Shown here piece after piece: positions 1 to 7,308 of a stretch of DNA of 7,471 nt; the stretch's first letter is position 1, and every line of letters starts with the position of its first letter. The notes under the pieces were generated by a model. It did not search any database and was not told the origin of the DNA. It saw only the letters and a list, made by a program, of their open reading frames with translations. Position numbers and translations under genes: made by a program. The DNA is from Candidatus Vampirococcus lugosii (GTDB lineage: Bacteria; Patescibacteriota; Gracilibacteria; Absconditabacterales; Absconditicoccaceae). The stretch covers positions 1 through 7,471 of the forward strand of contig NZ_JAEDAM010000059.1 in the NCBI RefSeq assembly GCF_018420025.1, in the 5' to 3' direction.

Positions 1-276
1 ATTATAACACTATTTTTTAATTGAGTTTGGATTTCTGATCCTCATAATTGATATAGAGTAATTAATATACAAGCATTAAAAAAAATTAAAATTACAAGTG
101 ATTGAATGACTTATGCATCTGAAATTTTGGATAGTATTAGAATTAATAAGTTTGAATATAAAGAAATTCCTGTAAATATTAATTATACTGATTATAGTAT
201 AAAAAAATGACAAAAAAATTTAAATGCATTCAAAATATTAATAGAATTAATTTATAAAAAACTTTTTTTTAGATAA
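1..276 (+). CDS. Family-2 glycosyltransferase (dolichyl-phosphate/undecaprenyl-phosphate sugar transferase-like), 3' partial
   Basis: Frame 1 is open from base 1 to TAA at 274-276 when TGA=Gly. The translation is ...SDPHNGYRVINIQALKKIKITSDGMTYASEILDSIRINKFEYKEIPVNINYTDYSIKKGQKNL.... This matches the GT2 C-terminal pattern: D-x-x-x-G-F/Y-R, then a G-x-x-F/Y-x-x-E-I/L segment, then (I/V)-x-E-(I/V)-P-(I/V)-x-Y. The G of NGYR is TGA at 49-51. The 5' end lies outside the window. Confidence 0.7.
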
Positions 277-311
277 GTAAAATTTAATTTATTTAGAATT
301 AATAATATTTT

Positions 312-776
312 ATGAGAATAATAAGTAAAAATAAACAAGCATTATTAAATTATGATATAGTAGAAAAATTTGAAACTTGAATAGTATTGAAATGATTTGA
401 AGTTAAAGCAATAAAAACTTGAAATATTAATATAAAAGAATCTATAGTAAAAATTTATAATGATGGACAAATATATATTACAAATATGTCCGTTCCTTTA
501 TACAAAAAAACAAATTTCAAAATAGTTTCATGGTATGAACCTAAAGGAACTAGGAAATTGTTGATGCATAAAAGACAAATAAGAAAATTAGCTGAAAGAA
601 CTCACAAAACATGACTTACTATGATAGCATTAAAAATTTATGAAAATAAAAAAAACTTGATAAAAATTGAAATATGACTTGGCAAATTGAGAAAAAAAGT
701 AGAAAAAAAACAAATTCTTAAAGAAAGGGATGTAAATAAACAAGCTCAAAGAGATATAAAAAATTTAAGAATTTAA
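312..776 (+). CDS. smpB: SsrA-binding protein SmpB (tmRNA trans-translation cofactor), 154 aa
   Basis: ATG at 312 follows an in-frame TAA at 303; the stop is TAA at 774-776. The translation is MRIISKNKQALLNYDIVEKFETGIVLKGFEVKAIKTGNINIKES...TRKLLMHKRQIRKLAERTHKTGLTMIALKIYENKKNLIKIEIGLGKLRKK.... It is collinear with E. coli SmpB as I recall it: FEAGLALQGWEVKSLRAGK ... TRKLLL ... REGYTVVAL ... KIGVAKGKK. All five in-frame TGAs (the first at 378-380) fall on those conserved glycines. Confidence 0.95.
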
Positions 777-785
777 AAATTTAAA

Positions 786-813
786 TTGCAAAATAAAAAA
801 AATATATTATAAT
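786..813 (+). promoter_or_regulatory. Candidate sigma-70-type promoter for the 855-1997 gene (TTGCAA, 16-nt spacer, TATAAT)
   Basis: TTGCAA at 786-791 and TATAAT at 808-813 sit in the largest intergenic gap of the window (777-854), about 40 nt upstream of the ATG at 855. Matches like this arise easily by chance in sequence this AT-rich. Confidence 0.3.
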
Positions 814-854
814 ATATTATCAATTAATTTTTTTATTATTAAATAATTATATAA

Positions 855-1997
855 ATGTTAATATTATTAGCCTTGATAATAGTAAGTATAGGTTGAGCAA
901 TAGTTTTTACTGTATACTCGCTATTTAATCCATTTATAGAAAATATGGGAGATATAAAAAATTATAATATAGCATATTATTGAGCTATTTCTTCATTGGA
1001 AAGATGAAATTTAGCTTTAAGATACCGCGATGCATGATTTGAATGATCTTGATGATGGACATGAACAACTGATTTTGGTCCAAATAGTGATCATCTTAAA
1101 AATGATTATTGAAGACTTGCAACTCAAAATAATTCAATGTACTGGGAAATTAAATCTAGAGAATGAATCACTATTCCTAGTGCTTGAGATTGAAATGTTG
1201 ATTTAGCTTTACAATATACTTGAACAACATATGAACATAGTAAAGATTACAATAAACTTTGATATAATATGATTGAAGAATTTATTTTGACTTTAGATGA
1301 TACTAATGAAAATGATGCATATTCTTCAAGCACTACTTCAAATAAAAATATTGTTAATTTAGATTGAATAGATGCAACATTTAGACTACCTCCTTATATT
1401 AAAGATAAATTTTCTGGTCCTACTAATCCATTATGTACTTTGGCTGATTGTGATCTTTCATGAGATTGAATAGATAATGATATAGTTGTAAATTGGGATA
1501 TATCTGGTAAACATAATAGTAATAATTTTAGTTTAAAACCTAGTATAGAAGTTAGTTATGCTGCTGGAAGTGTGTGAAATAAAGATACTGCTATTAGAGA
1601 AACTCATGTTAATAATGATAAAACAATAGAATTTTATAATTCAATGAATCCTACTTCATCTTTACCTTCTCATGATCCTGATAAAAACAATATAATTCCG
1701 TCAAATCATGCTTTTTCTGGATCAAATTTTGACTATATTTTTAGTAATACTAATGAAGATCTTAGTATTAGTTTTTCATTAGTAAATTTATTAGCAACTA
1801 GTGTTATGTATGATTCTAACAATAGAATTTATCCTTTTTTGGAATACAAAATTAAATTTGATTGAGTAAGTGAAGTACCAGCTCGTTTTTATAATATAAG
1901 TTGAATATGAGAAGTTTGAGAATATCAAGTAAAAATAATACAGAGAAAACCTACAAGTGAAAGAAATATTGCATCTGATTTTACTATATTGTTTTAA
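855..1997 (+). CDS. Hypothetical membrane-anchored protein, 380 aa, no family recognised (weak PilX/ComGG-like N-terminus)
   Basis: ATG at 855 directly follows an in-frame TAA at 852. The frame stays open to TAA at 1995-1997 only if the many in-frame TGAs are sense codons. The track ORF 1644-1865 is an internal fragment in the same frame. The N-terminus MLILLALIIVSIGGAIVFTVYSLF is a single hydrophobic helix. The remainder is rich in N, D, S and T and looks extracytoplasmic. The segment NIAYYGAISSLERGNLALRY loosely resembles the A-x-x-A-E-A-G-L-E segment that follows the helix in PilX_N-type minor pseudopilins. Confidence 0.8.
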
Positions 1998-2009
1998 ACA
2001 ATATTGTTT
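1986..2009. repeat. Interlocked palindromes / weak hairpin spanning the stop codon of the 855-1997 gene
   Basis: ATATTGTTT-T-AAACAATAT occupies 1986-2004 as 9-nt inverted arms around a single central T. It shares its right arm with the perfect 14-bp palindrome AAACAATATTGTTT at 1996-2009. ATATTGTTT therefore occurs twice in direct orientation, at 1986 and 2001. T-rich sequence (TGTTTAATATTT) follows. The element ends 19 nt before the holB ATG. Confidence 0.4.
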
Positions 2010-2027
2010 AATATTTAAATTTAAAAT

Positions 2028-2972
2028 ATGTATATATATTGAAATGAAATTTGACAAGAAGTTTTACAAAAACATTTTTCAAGTTTGTTTAATTGAGAAG
2101 ATTTAGTAAATTTTTTTATATTATCTTGAGCTAGTTGAGTTTGAAAAAAAACTTTAATAAAAAAACTTGCCAAAGAATATTTATGAAAATATTATGATAG
2201 TGATTTTTTTGTTATTAAAGATTATACTAAATATTTATGAAAAAAACATTCTTTAAAAATTGGGGAAGATTGAAAACTAAAAAGTATTGAATTATTAAAT
2301 AAAGAAAAAGTTGTTGATTATACAGTAAGATGGATTATAGAATGGTTAAGTAAAACTTCACCTAGTGCTTTCAAAATACTTTTGATAGAAAATATTGATA
2401 GATTGACGGCAGAAGCTGGAAATGCACTACTAAAAACATTTGAAGAATCTACAAATAAAATAATATTAATATGAACTACTCAAAATCATAAAAATTTATT
2501 AAATACTATTTTATCCAGAGCTAATATAATTAAATTTGAAGAATCTTGAAAAGAAAATCTAAAAAAATATTTAGATGAAAATTTTGGTAATATTGATGAT
2601 TCTTCCAAAGAAATTTTGTGTAAATTGTCTTGAAATAGAATTTGAATATCATATCATTTATTAAATGATTTTAGTAAGTGAGATTTTACATTTTCTGATA
2701 TAAAAAATAATTTTGATAAATTTATAAAATTATCAAAATATGAATGATTTTATAATGAAAAAATTTCTATATTAAAAATATTTAGTAAATATAATATACT
2801 TGAAATTATATTTGATTGACTTATTCATTATTATGAATCTTTAAATAATTATATTATAGTTGATAAAATAATTTATTGTAAAAAATTATTATCAGCTAAT
2901 GTTTGATTAGAGAATATATTATTTTATTTTGTGTTATCATTAGATAAATTAAATGTTAAAGAAAATAAATAG
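2028..2972 (+). CDS. holB: DNA polymerase III subunit delta-prime (clamp-loader AAA+ subunit), 314 aa
   Basis: ATG at 2028 follows an in-frame TAA at 2022; the stop is TAG at 2970-2972. The translation is MYIYGNEIGQEVLQKHFSSLFNGEDLVNFFILSGASGVGKKTLIKKLAKEYLG...FKILLIENIDRLTAEAGNALLKTFEESTNKIILIGTTQNHKNLLNTILSRANIIKFEE. It carries the clamp-loader signatures: I-G-Q near the N-terminus, a Walker A G-x-x-G-x-G-K-x-T, a D-x-L-T-x-x-A-x-N-A-L-L-K-T-x-E-E box, and T-I-x-S-R. The IGQ glycine and all three Walker A glycines are TGA codons. Confidence 0.85.
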
Positions 2973-3354
2973 ATTGAATCGTAAAGATATAAATTTTTTG
3001 TTTAGAAATCAAAATATTATTTATTGAAAATATTTTTCCTTTTTTTATTATAAACAATATCCAAATAGAAAATATAATCAATTTTCTATACAAGTTCCAA
3101 CTAAACTTTCAAAACTTGCAGTAGATAGAAATTATATAAAAAGAATTCTTATGCATTATATAAGAGAAAATTCATATGATATAAATAAATTTGGTGACAA
3201 ATATTACAAAATATTTGTAATATTCAATAAAAAATATATTCCTGAATTTAAAAAAAAGATTGAAACAAAAGAAAAAAAAGTTATATATAAAACTATTATA
3301 GAAAATTTTAGATTTAGTTTTAACAATATTAACATTAAATTATGAAACAAGTAA
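2953..3354 (+). CDS. rnpA: Ribonuclease P protein component, 133 aa
   Basis: ATG at 2953 follows an in-frame TAA at 2950. The translation is MLKKINRLNRKDINFLFRNQNIIYGKYFSFFYYKQ...FSIQVPTKLSKLAVDRNYIKRILMHYIRE.... It has the RnpA N-terminal L-x-K-x-N-R-L...F-x-x-(V/L)-F pattern and the RNR motif A-V-x-R-N-x-x-K-R-x-x-R/H. The track ORF 3151-3345 is an internal fragment. Its TGA at 3343-3345 is Gly, and the true stop is TAA at 3352-3354. The gene overlaps holB by 20 nt. Confidence 0.85.
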
Positions 3355-4619
3355 AAAATAAATTCACCAAATTATTAGATAAATGAATGAATAAAATTTC
3401 TAATATAAAAAATGAAAAAGAAAAAGAATTTGAAAAAATTGAAAAAATAGATAAACAAATTGAAGAGAATAAAAATAAAAAAACAAAATTACCAAAATTT
3501 GATTTAGATAAATCAGATAAAAATGATACTAGTAGATTTTTGAAATTTTGGTTGATATGAGCAATGGTTGCATATATATCTTTTGTAGTTTTCAATTCAT
3601 TAAATTTATTATATTTGATTATTGCTGCATATATAATATCTATTGCTATGGAAATACTTATTGAAGGCTTTCAAAAATTTTTACCTAGAGTATTATGAAT
3701 AATAATTTCTTATTTATTATTATTAGTTTTATTATTAAGTTGATTTATAATAATAATTCCTTTTGTATTAGCTCAAAGTGCTGATATAATGCAATCATTT
3801 ATAGATATAATATCTTGAATTCAAAATGATTTAAAATCAAATTGATTGGAGTATGTAATTAGTAATTCAAATTTCATTCCTTGATTTTTGAAAAATACGA
3901 TTTTGGATCAAATTAATGACAGAAGTGTTATAATAGCGATTCAAACTGCTATTCAAGATAATATTAGTCAAATTGCTAGTATATGAACTGGTTTTATAAA
4001 TAATGTATGATCTATTGCCGTTAATATAATTTGATGATTTTTTTCTGCTATATCTCAAGTATTATTAGTTTTTGTATTAGCAATATTCTTATCTCTTCAA
4101 AAAGATTCTGTTATGAATTTTATATGAGCAATGTCATCCAACAAAGATTATGTAATAATTAAATTAAAAAAACTTTACAAAAAATTATGATTTTGGTTAA
4201 AATGACAATTTTTATTAAGTATATTTATATTTATTACAGTATTTATTTTATTGAATACAATATCATTTTTTGGGATGGATTTACCAAATAAATTTACTTT
4301 AGCATTAATTTCTTGATTAACTGAATTTATTCCTATTTTGGGACCTGTACTTGGTGCTATACCTGCTATGTTGGTAGCTATTTCTGAATTTTGATTTATA
4401 TGATTTATTACAATTGTTGTTATATATACTTTGATACAAGGATTTGAAAATTATATATTAGTTCCTTTAGTTATGAATCAAGCTTTATGAGTAAGTCCTC
4501 TTTTGATAATTATAGCTATGTTGCTTTGATGATCTTTAATGTGATTTGTTTGAATAGTTTTGTCAGTTCCTATAGCTGTAATATCTAATTTAATTTTTGA
4601 AGATATTATTAAAGAATAA
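3342..4619 (+). CDS. AI-2E family transporter (PerM/UPF0118 permease), 425 aa
   Basis: ATG at 3342 follows an in-frame TAA at 3336; the stop is TAA at 4617-4619. A K/E-rich N-terminal region of about 65 aa is followed by several hydrophobic helices. The C-terminal region GLTEFIPILGPVLGAIPAMLVAISEFGFIGFITIVVIYTLIQGFENYILVPLVMNQALGVSPLLIIIAMLLGGSLMGFVGIVLSVPIA matches the AI-2E signature: F-I-P-x-x-G-P-x-x-G-x-I-P, then Q-x-x-E-N-x-I-L-x-P, then P-L, then G-x-x-G-x-x-L-x-V-P. An alternative start is the ATG at 3387. The gene overlaps rnpA by 13 nt. Confidence 0.9.
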
Positions 4620-4647
4620 TTTTTAATTAAATAAAAATTCATGTATT

Positions 4648-5178
4648 ATGAATATAGAAAAATTCTTGTGAAGTAAAACAAGAGCATGAATATTAAAATA
4701 TCTTTTATTCAAAAGACAAGGTATTTCTATGAGAGCTTTGGAAAATGATCTAAATTGGTCATTTAGTGCAATAAAAAAGCAAGTTGATAGTCTTTTGGAA
4801 GCATGAATTATATTTATTGATAAAGATATTAATAAATGGTCTATATATTTAGATAAAGATATTTCTGATCTAATTAGAAAAATTTTTTTGTATAGTTTAG
4901 AATTTGAATTAAAAAAAACATTTGAAAAATATGACACTGTAATTAGTAATTTTTTTTTATGAAAAGTTTTTGGTAATAAAATAGATTATGATATTATTGT
5001 AATATACAATATATGTGAAGAAGAAATATTACAACAAATAAAAAAAGATATATCTAATATATTTTCAGATTTTTATATAGAAAATATTGCAGTAGTTTTT
5101 ATGTCAAGTGAAGACTTCAAAAAAAGATATCGTTTGGCTGATAAATTTGTTCTTTCTGTTATTACAAATTGTAAATAA
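4648..5178 (+). CDS. Winged-helix DNA-binding protein (ArsR/MarR-like N-terminus) with possible minimal-nucleotidyltransferase-like C-terminal half, 176 aa
   Basis: ATG at 4648 follows an in-frame TAA at 4624; the stop is TAA at 5176-5178. The N-terminus LGSKTRAGILKYLLFKRQGISMRALENDLNWSFSAIKKQVDSLLEAGII fits the wHTH pattern: K-x-R-x-x-I-L, then S-x-R-x-L, then a recognition helix, then L-x-x-A-G-(L/I)-I. The C-terminal half contains LGKVFGNKIDYDIIVIY, which resembles a G-(S/K)...D-x-D nucleotidyltransferase-fold motif. The domain assignment is tentative. Confidence 0.65.
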
Positions 5179-5200
5179 TTTATATTTTTATTATATTTTT

Positions 5201-5950
5201 ATGTCTTTTTATCCAAATAATCCACAATTTTTACATGAAATGGTTATAGATTCTATCTTATCTATACAAAATTATAGGAATTATCCAGAAGGAAAAAATC
5301 CAAGAATTATATTTTGTCCTAGTGATTATTATATTTATTCTTCATGAATTATGGCTACAGCTTACAATATTTTATTAAAAAATAAAAAATTAAAAAAAAT
5401 TATTATTATTTGATATGATCAGAATATTGATTGATTTAATTATATACAGGAAAATAAATTATATAATACTTTATGAGTTTTTCCAGTAGATAATGAATTA
5501 AAAAATAAATCAAATTTAGATTTTTTAAATCTAAGAAAAAAAGAAGAAATTAATATGGAAAATATAGATTCTCAACTTCCATTTATCAAAACTACTATCA
5601 AATTTGAAACTATTTTTCCTATAATTATTTGAAAAACAAATAAATATATAAAATTAGTAAATTTTCTTAAAAATATTTTGGAAAATGATGAAACTGTATG
5701 AATTATTTTTAGTTCAAATCTTTATGAATCAGATAAATATAATAAAAATATAGATATAAATCTAACTAATTCAATAATTAATTTTGATCTCAAAAATATA
5801 AATAAATCAATGAGTAAATATTATACTATAATAAAAATATATTCAAATTTATCAAAAAAAATGTGAATGAAACCATTTTTACAACTAAATTTAAATTCAT
5901 CAAATTTTTGAATTAAACCTGTAAAATGATATTTTAGTTTTGTAAGTTAA
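5201..5950 (+). CDS. Memo-like / AmmeMemoRadiSam system protein B family protein, 249 aa
   Basis: I chose the ATG at 5201. The track's ATG at 5108 would overlap the upstream gene by 71 nt. The family normally begins close to its F-Y-P motif, as MSFYPNNPQFL does here. The stop is TAA at 5948-5950. The segment PRIIFCPSDYYIYSSGIMATAYNIL is collinear with the family segment A-I-I-x-P-H-A-G-Y-x-Y-S-G-x-x-A-A-x-A-Y. SQLPFIK matches E-H-S-x-E-x-Q-L-P-F-L, and the C-terminal KGYFSFV matches V-G-Y-A-S. The track ORF 5108-5347 ends at a TGA that is Gly in YSSGIMA. Confidence 0.75.
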
Positions 5951-5953
5951 AAA

Positions 5954-6412
5954 ATGCCTGCATTAATATTGGAAAATATTCGTAGTTCATATAATGTTGG
6001 AAATATTATTCGTACTGCCGATGCATTCAATTTTGATATTATAATTTCTTGATATACTCCCTCTCCCAAAAATAAAACTTCTATTTGTAAAACTTCGCTT
6101 TGAGCTGAAAAAAATGTTAAAATTTATGAATTTTATAATACTAAAAAAGCTATTTTATTTGCAAAAGAAAAATATAAATATCTAATTGCATCAGAAATAA
6201 ATAAATCTGCCAAATCTCTAAATAATTTTGATATAAAAAATAAAAATGATTTAGCTATTGTTTTATGAAATGAAGTAAATTGAGTTTTACAAGAAACTTT
6301 ATCATTTGTGGATGAAATAATTTATATACCTATGTTTTGAATTAAAGAATCATTAAATGTATGACAAGCATCTAGTATATTAATGTGGGAATATTACAAA
6401 AAGTATTTGTAA
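5954..6412 (+). CDS. SpoU/TrmH-family (SPOUT) RNA 2'-O-methyltransferase, 152 aa
   Basis: ATG at 5954 lies 3 nt after the upstream stop; the stop is TAA at 6410-6412. The translation is MPALILENIRSSYNVGNIIRTADAFNF...LAIVLGNEVNGVLQETLSFVDEIIYIPMFGIKESLNVGQASSILMWEY. It carries the three SpoU motifs: N-x-G-x-I-x-R-T-A, L-G-N-E-x-x-G, and I-P-M-x-G-x-x-x-S-L-N-V-x-x-A. The glycines in LGNEVNG (6266-6268 and 6281-6283) and in PMFG (6338-6340) are TGA. Confidence 0.9.
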
Positions 6413-6444
6413 AAATATTTTATTTTAAAAATAAAAAATATATT

Positions 6445-7296
6445 ATGTTATATTCAATAATTAAAAAAGTTTACAACTCCAAAACAATAAAAAATAATAA
6501 TTTTAGAAAAATTTTATTTTTCCATAATTTGATTATCAAAAAAATTAATAAATGAAAAAAAATATATAAAATAAATATTTGAGATTTAAAATTAAAATTT
6601 AAATCTGATCTTTCAAATTCTTATATGACCAAAATTATTTATATGAGATGATATTATGAAAAAAAAACTTCAAAATATATTATAAATAATCTAAAAAAAT
6701 GAGATATATTTTTGGATGTATGAGCAAATTTATGATACTACTCATTATTAGCATCAAAAAAAAATTGAGATACTTGAAAAGTTTTTTCTTTTGAACCTGT
6801 AAAAAGTAATTATGAAAATTTGATAGAAAATATAAAAATAAATAATTTAAAAAATATAGAATATTTAAATATATGACTTTGAAATGAAAATAAAGAATTT
6901 GATATAAATATAAATCCAAACAATATTTGAAATAATTCTGTTTTATTAGATCATAATTATTGATATAAAGAAAAAATAAAAATAAAAAGATTTGATGATT
7001 TAAATTTGGATATTGATAAATCAAAAATTAAATTTATTAAAATTGATGTAGAATGATTTGAATATGAAGCTATGAAATGAATGGAAAAACTTATTGATTT
7101 AAATAAAAATTTACAAATAATACTTGAATTTTCTCCTGAATTTTATCATCATTTTGATGAAAATTATTGATTAAGATTTGCTCAATTTATATATTCAAAA
7201 TGATTTGAAACATTTGATATTAACAATAATTTTAAAAAAATTAATTTAATTGACGATAATAATTATATACAAAAAAATATTTTATTAAAAAAATAA
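6445..7296 (+). CDS. FkbM-family SAM-dependent methyltransferase, 283 aa
   Basis: The ATG at 6445 is the first after the SpoU stop; the stop is TAA at 7294-7296. The translation ...KKGDIFLDVGANLGYYSLLASKKNGDTGKVFSFEPVKSNYENLIENIKINNLKNIEYLNIGLGNE...IKFIKIDVEGFEYEAMKGMEKL...LEFSPE matches the FkbM pattern: D-V-G-A-N-x-G, then V-x-(A/S)-F-E-P, then L-x-x-N, then I-K-I-D-V-E-G-x-E. The glycines in DVGANLG (6721-6723 and 6733-6735) and in DVEG (7054-7056) are TGA. Confidence 0.9.
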
Positions 7297-7308
7297 AAAA
7301 TAAAAAAA

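Noticed and set aside
1440-1490. Possible EF-hand or thrombospondin-type calcium-binding loop (DCDLSGDGIDND) in the orphan protein
   Set aside because: Positions 1, 3, 5 and 6 fit a D-x-[DNS]-x-[DNS]-G loop. The hydrophobic position 8 and the acidic position 12 do not fit. A single imperfect copy in a D/N-rich protein is not enough to call.
1791-2057. Track ORF on the minus strand (88 aa)
   Set aside because: It is antisense to the 3' end of the 855-1997 gene and the 5' end of holB. The peptide is low-complexity and rich in I, F, Y, N and S, as expected from a chance open frame in AT-rich DNA. The plus strand carries conserved motifs across the same bases.
3335-3595. Track ORF on the minus strand (86 aa)
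   Set aside because: It is antisense to the K/E-rich N-terminal region of the AI-2E permease. GAA/AAA repeats on the plus strand read as TTC/TTT (F/S/L-rich) with no stops on the other strand. It has no family resemblance.
3867-4058. Track ORF on the minus strand (63 aa)
   Set aside because: It lies wholly inside the permease gene on the opposite strand. It has no motif support, and its length is typical of chance ORFs at this base composition.
4623-4937. Track ORF on the minus strand (104 aa)
   Set aside because: It is antisense to the winged-helix gene, whose plus-strand frame has a clear wHTH pattern and fits cleanly between neighbouring genes. The minus-strand peptide has no recognisable features.
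5108-5200. Upstream ATG at 5108 as the start of the Memo-like gene, as in the track ORF 5108-5347
   Set aside because: It would overlap the winged-helix gene by 71 nt and add a hydrophobic leader not seen in the family. The ATG at 5201 puts the conserved F-Y-P motif at residues 3-5, as is usual for this family.
6413-6444. AT-only palindromes and short direct repeats in intergenic spacers, such as AAAATATTTT at 6413-6422 and ATATATTAT x2 at 802-820
   Set aside because: These are composed only of A and T and are short, so they are expected by chance at this base composition. They would have no stem stability as RNA hairpins.
6680-7024. Track ORF on the minus strand (114 aa, the longest in the track)
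   Set aside because: It is antisense to the FkbM methyltransferase, whose DVGANLG, FEP and KIDVEG motifs lie on the plus strand over the same bases. The peptide is a Y/L/F/N-rich artefact.
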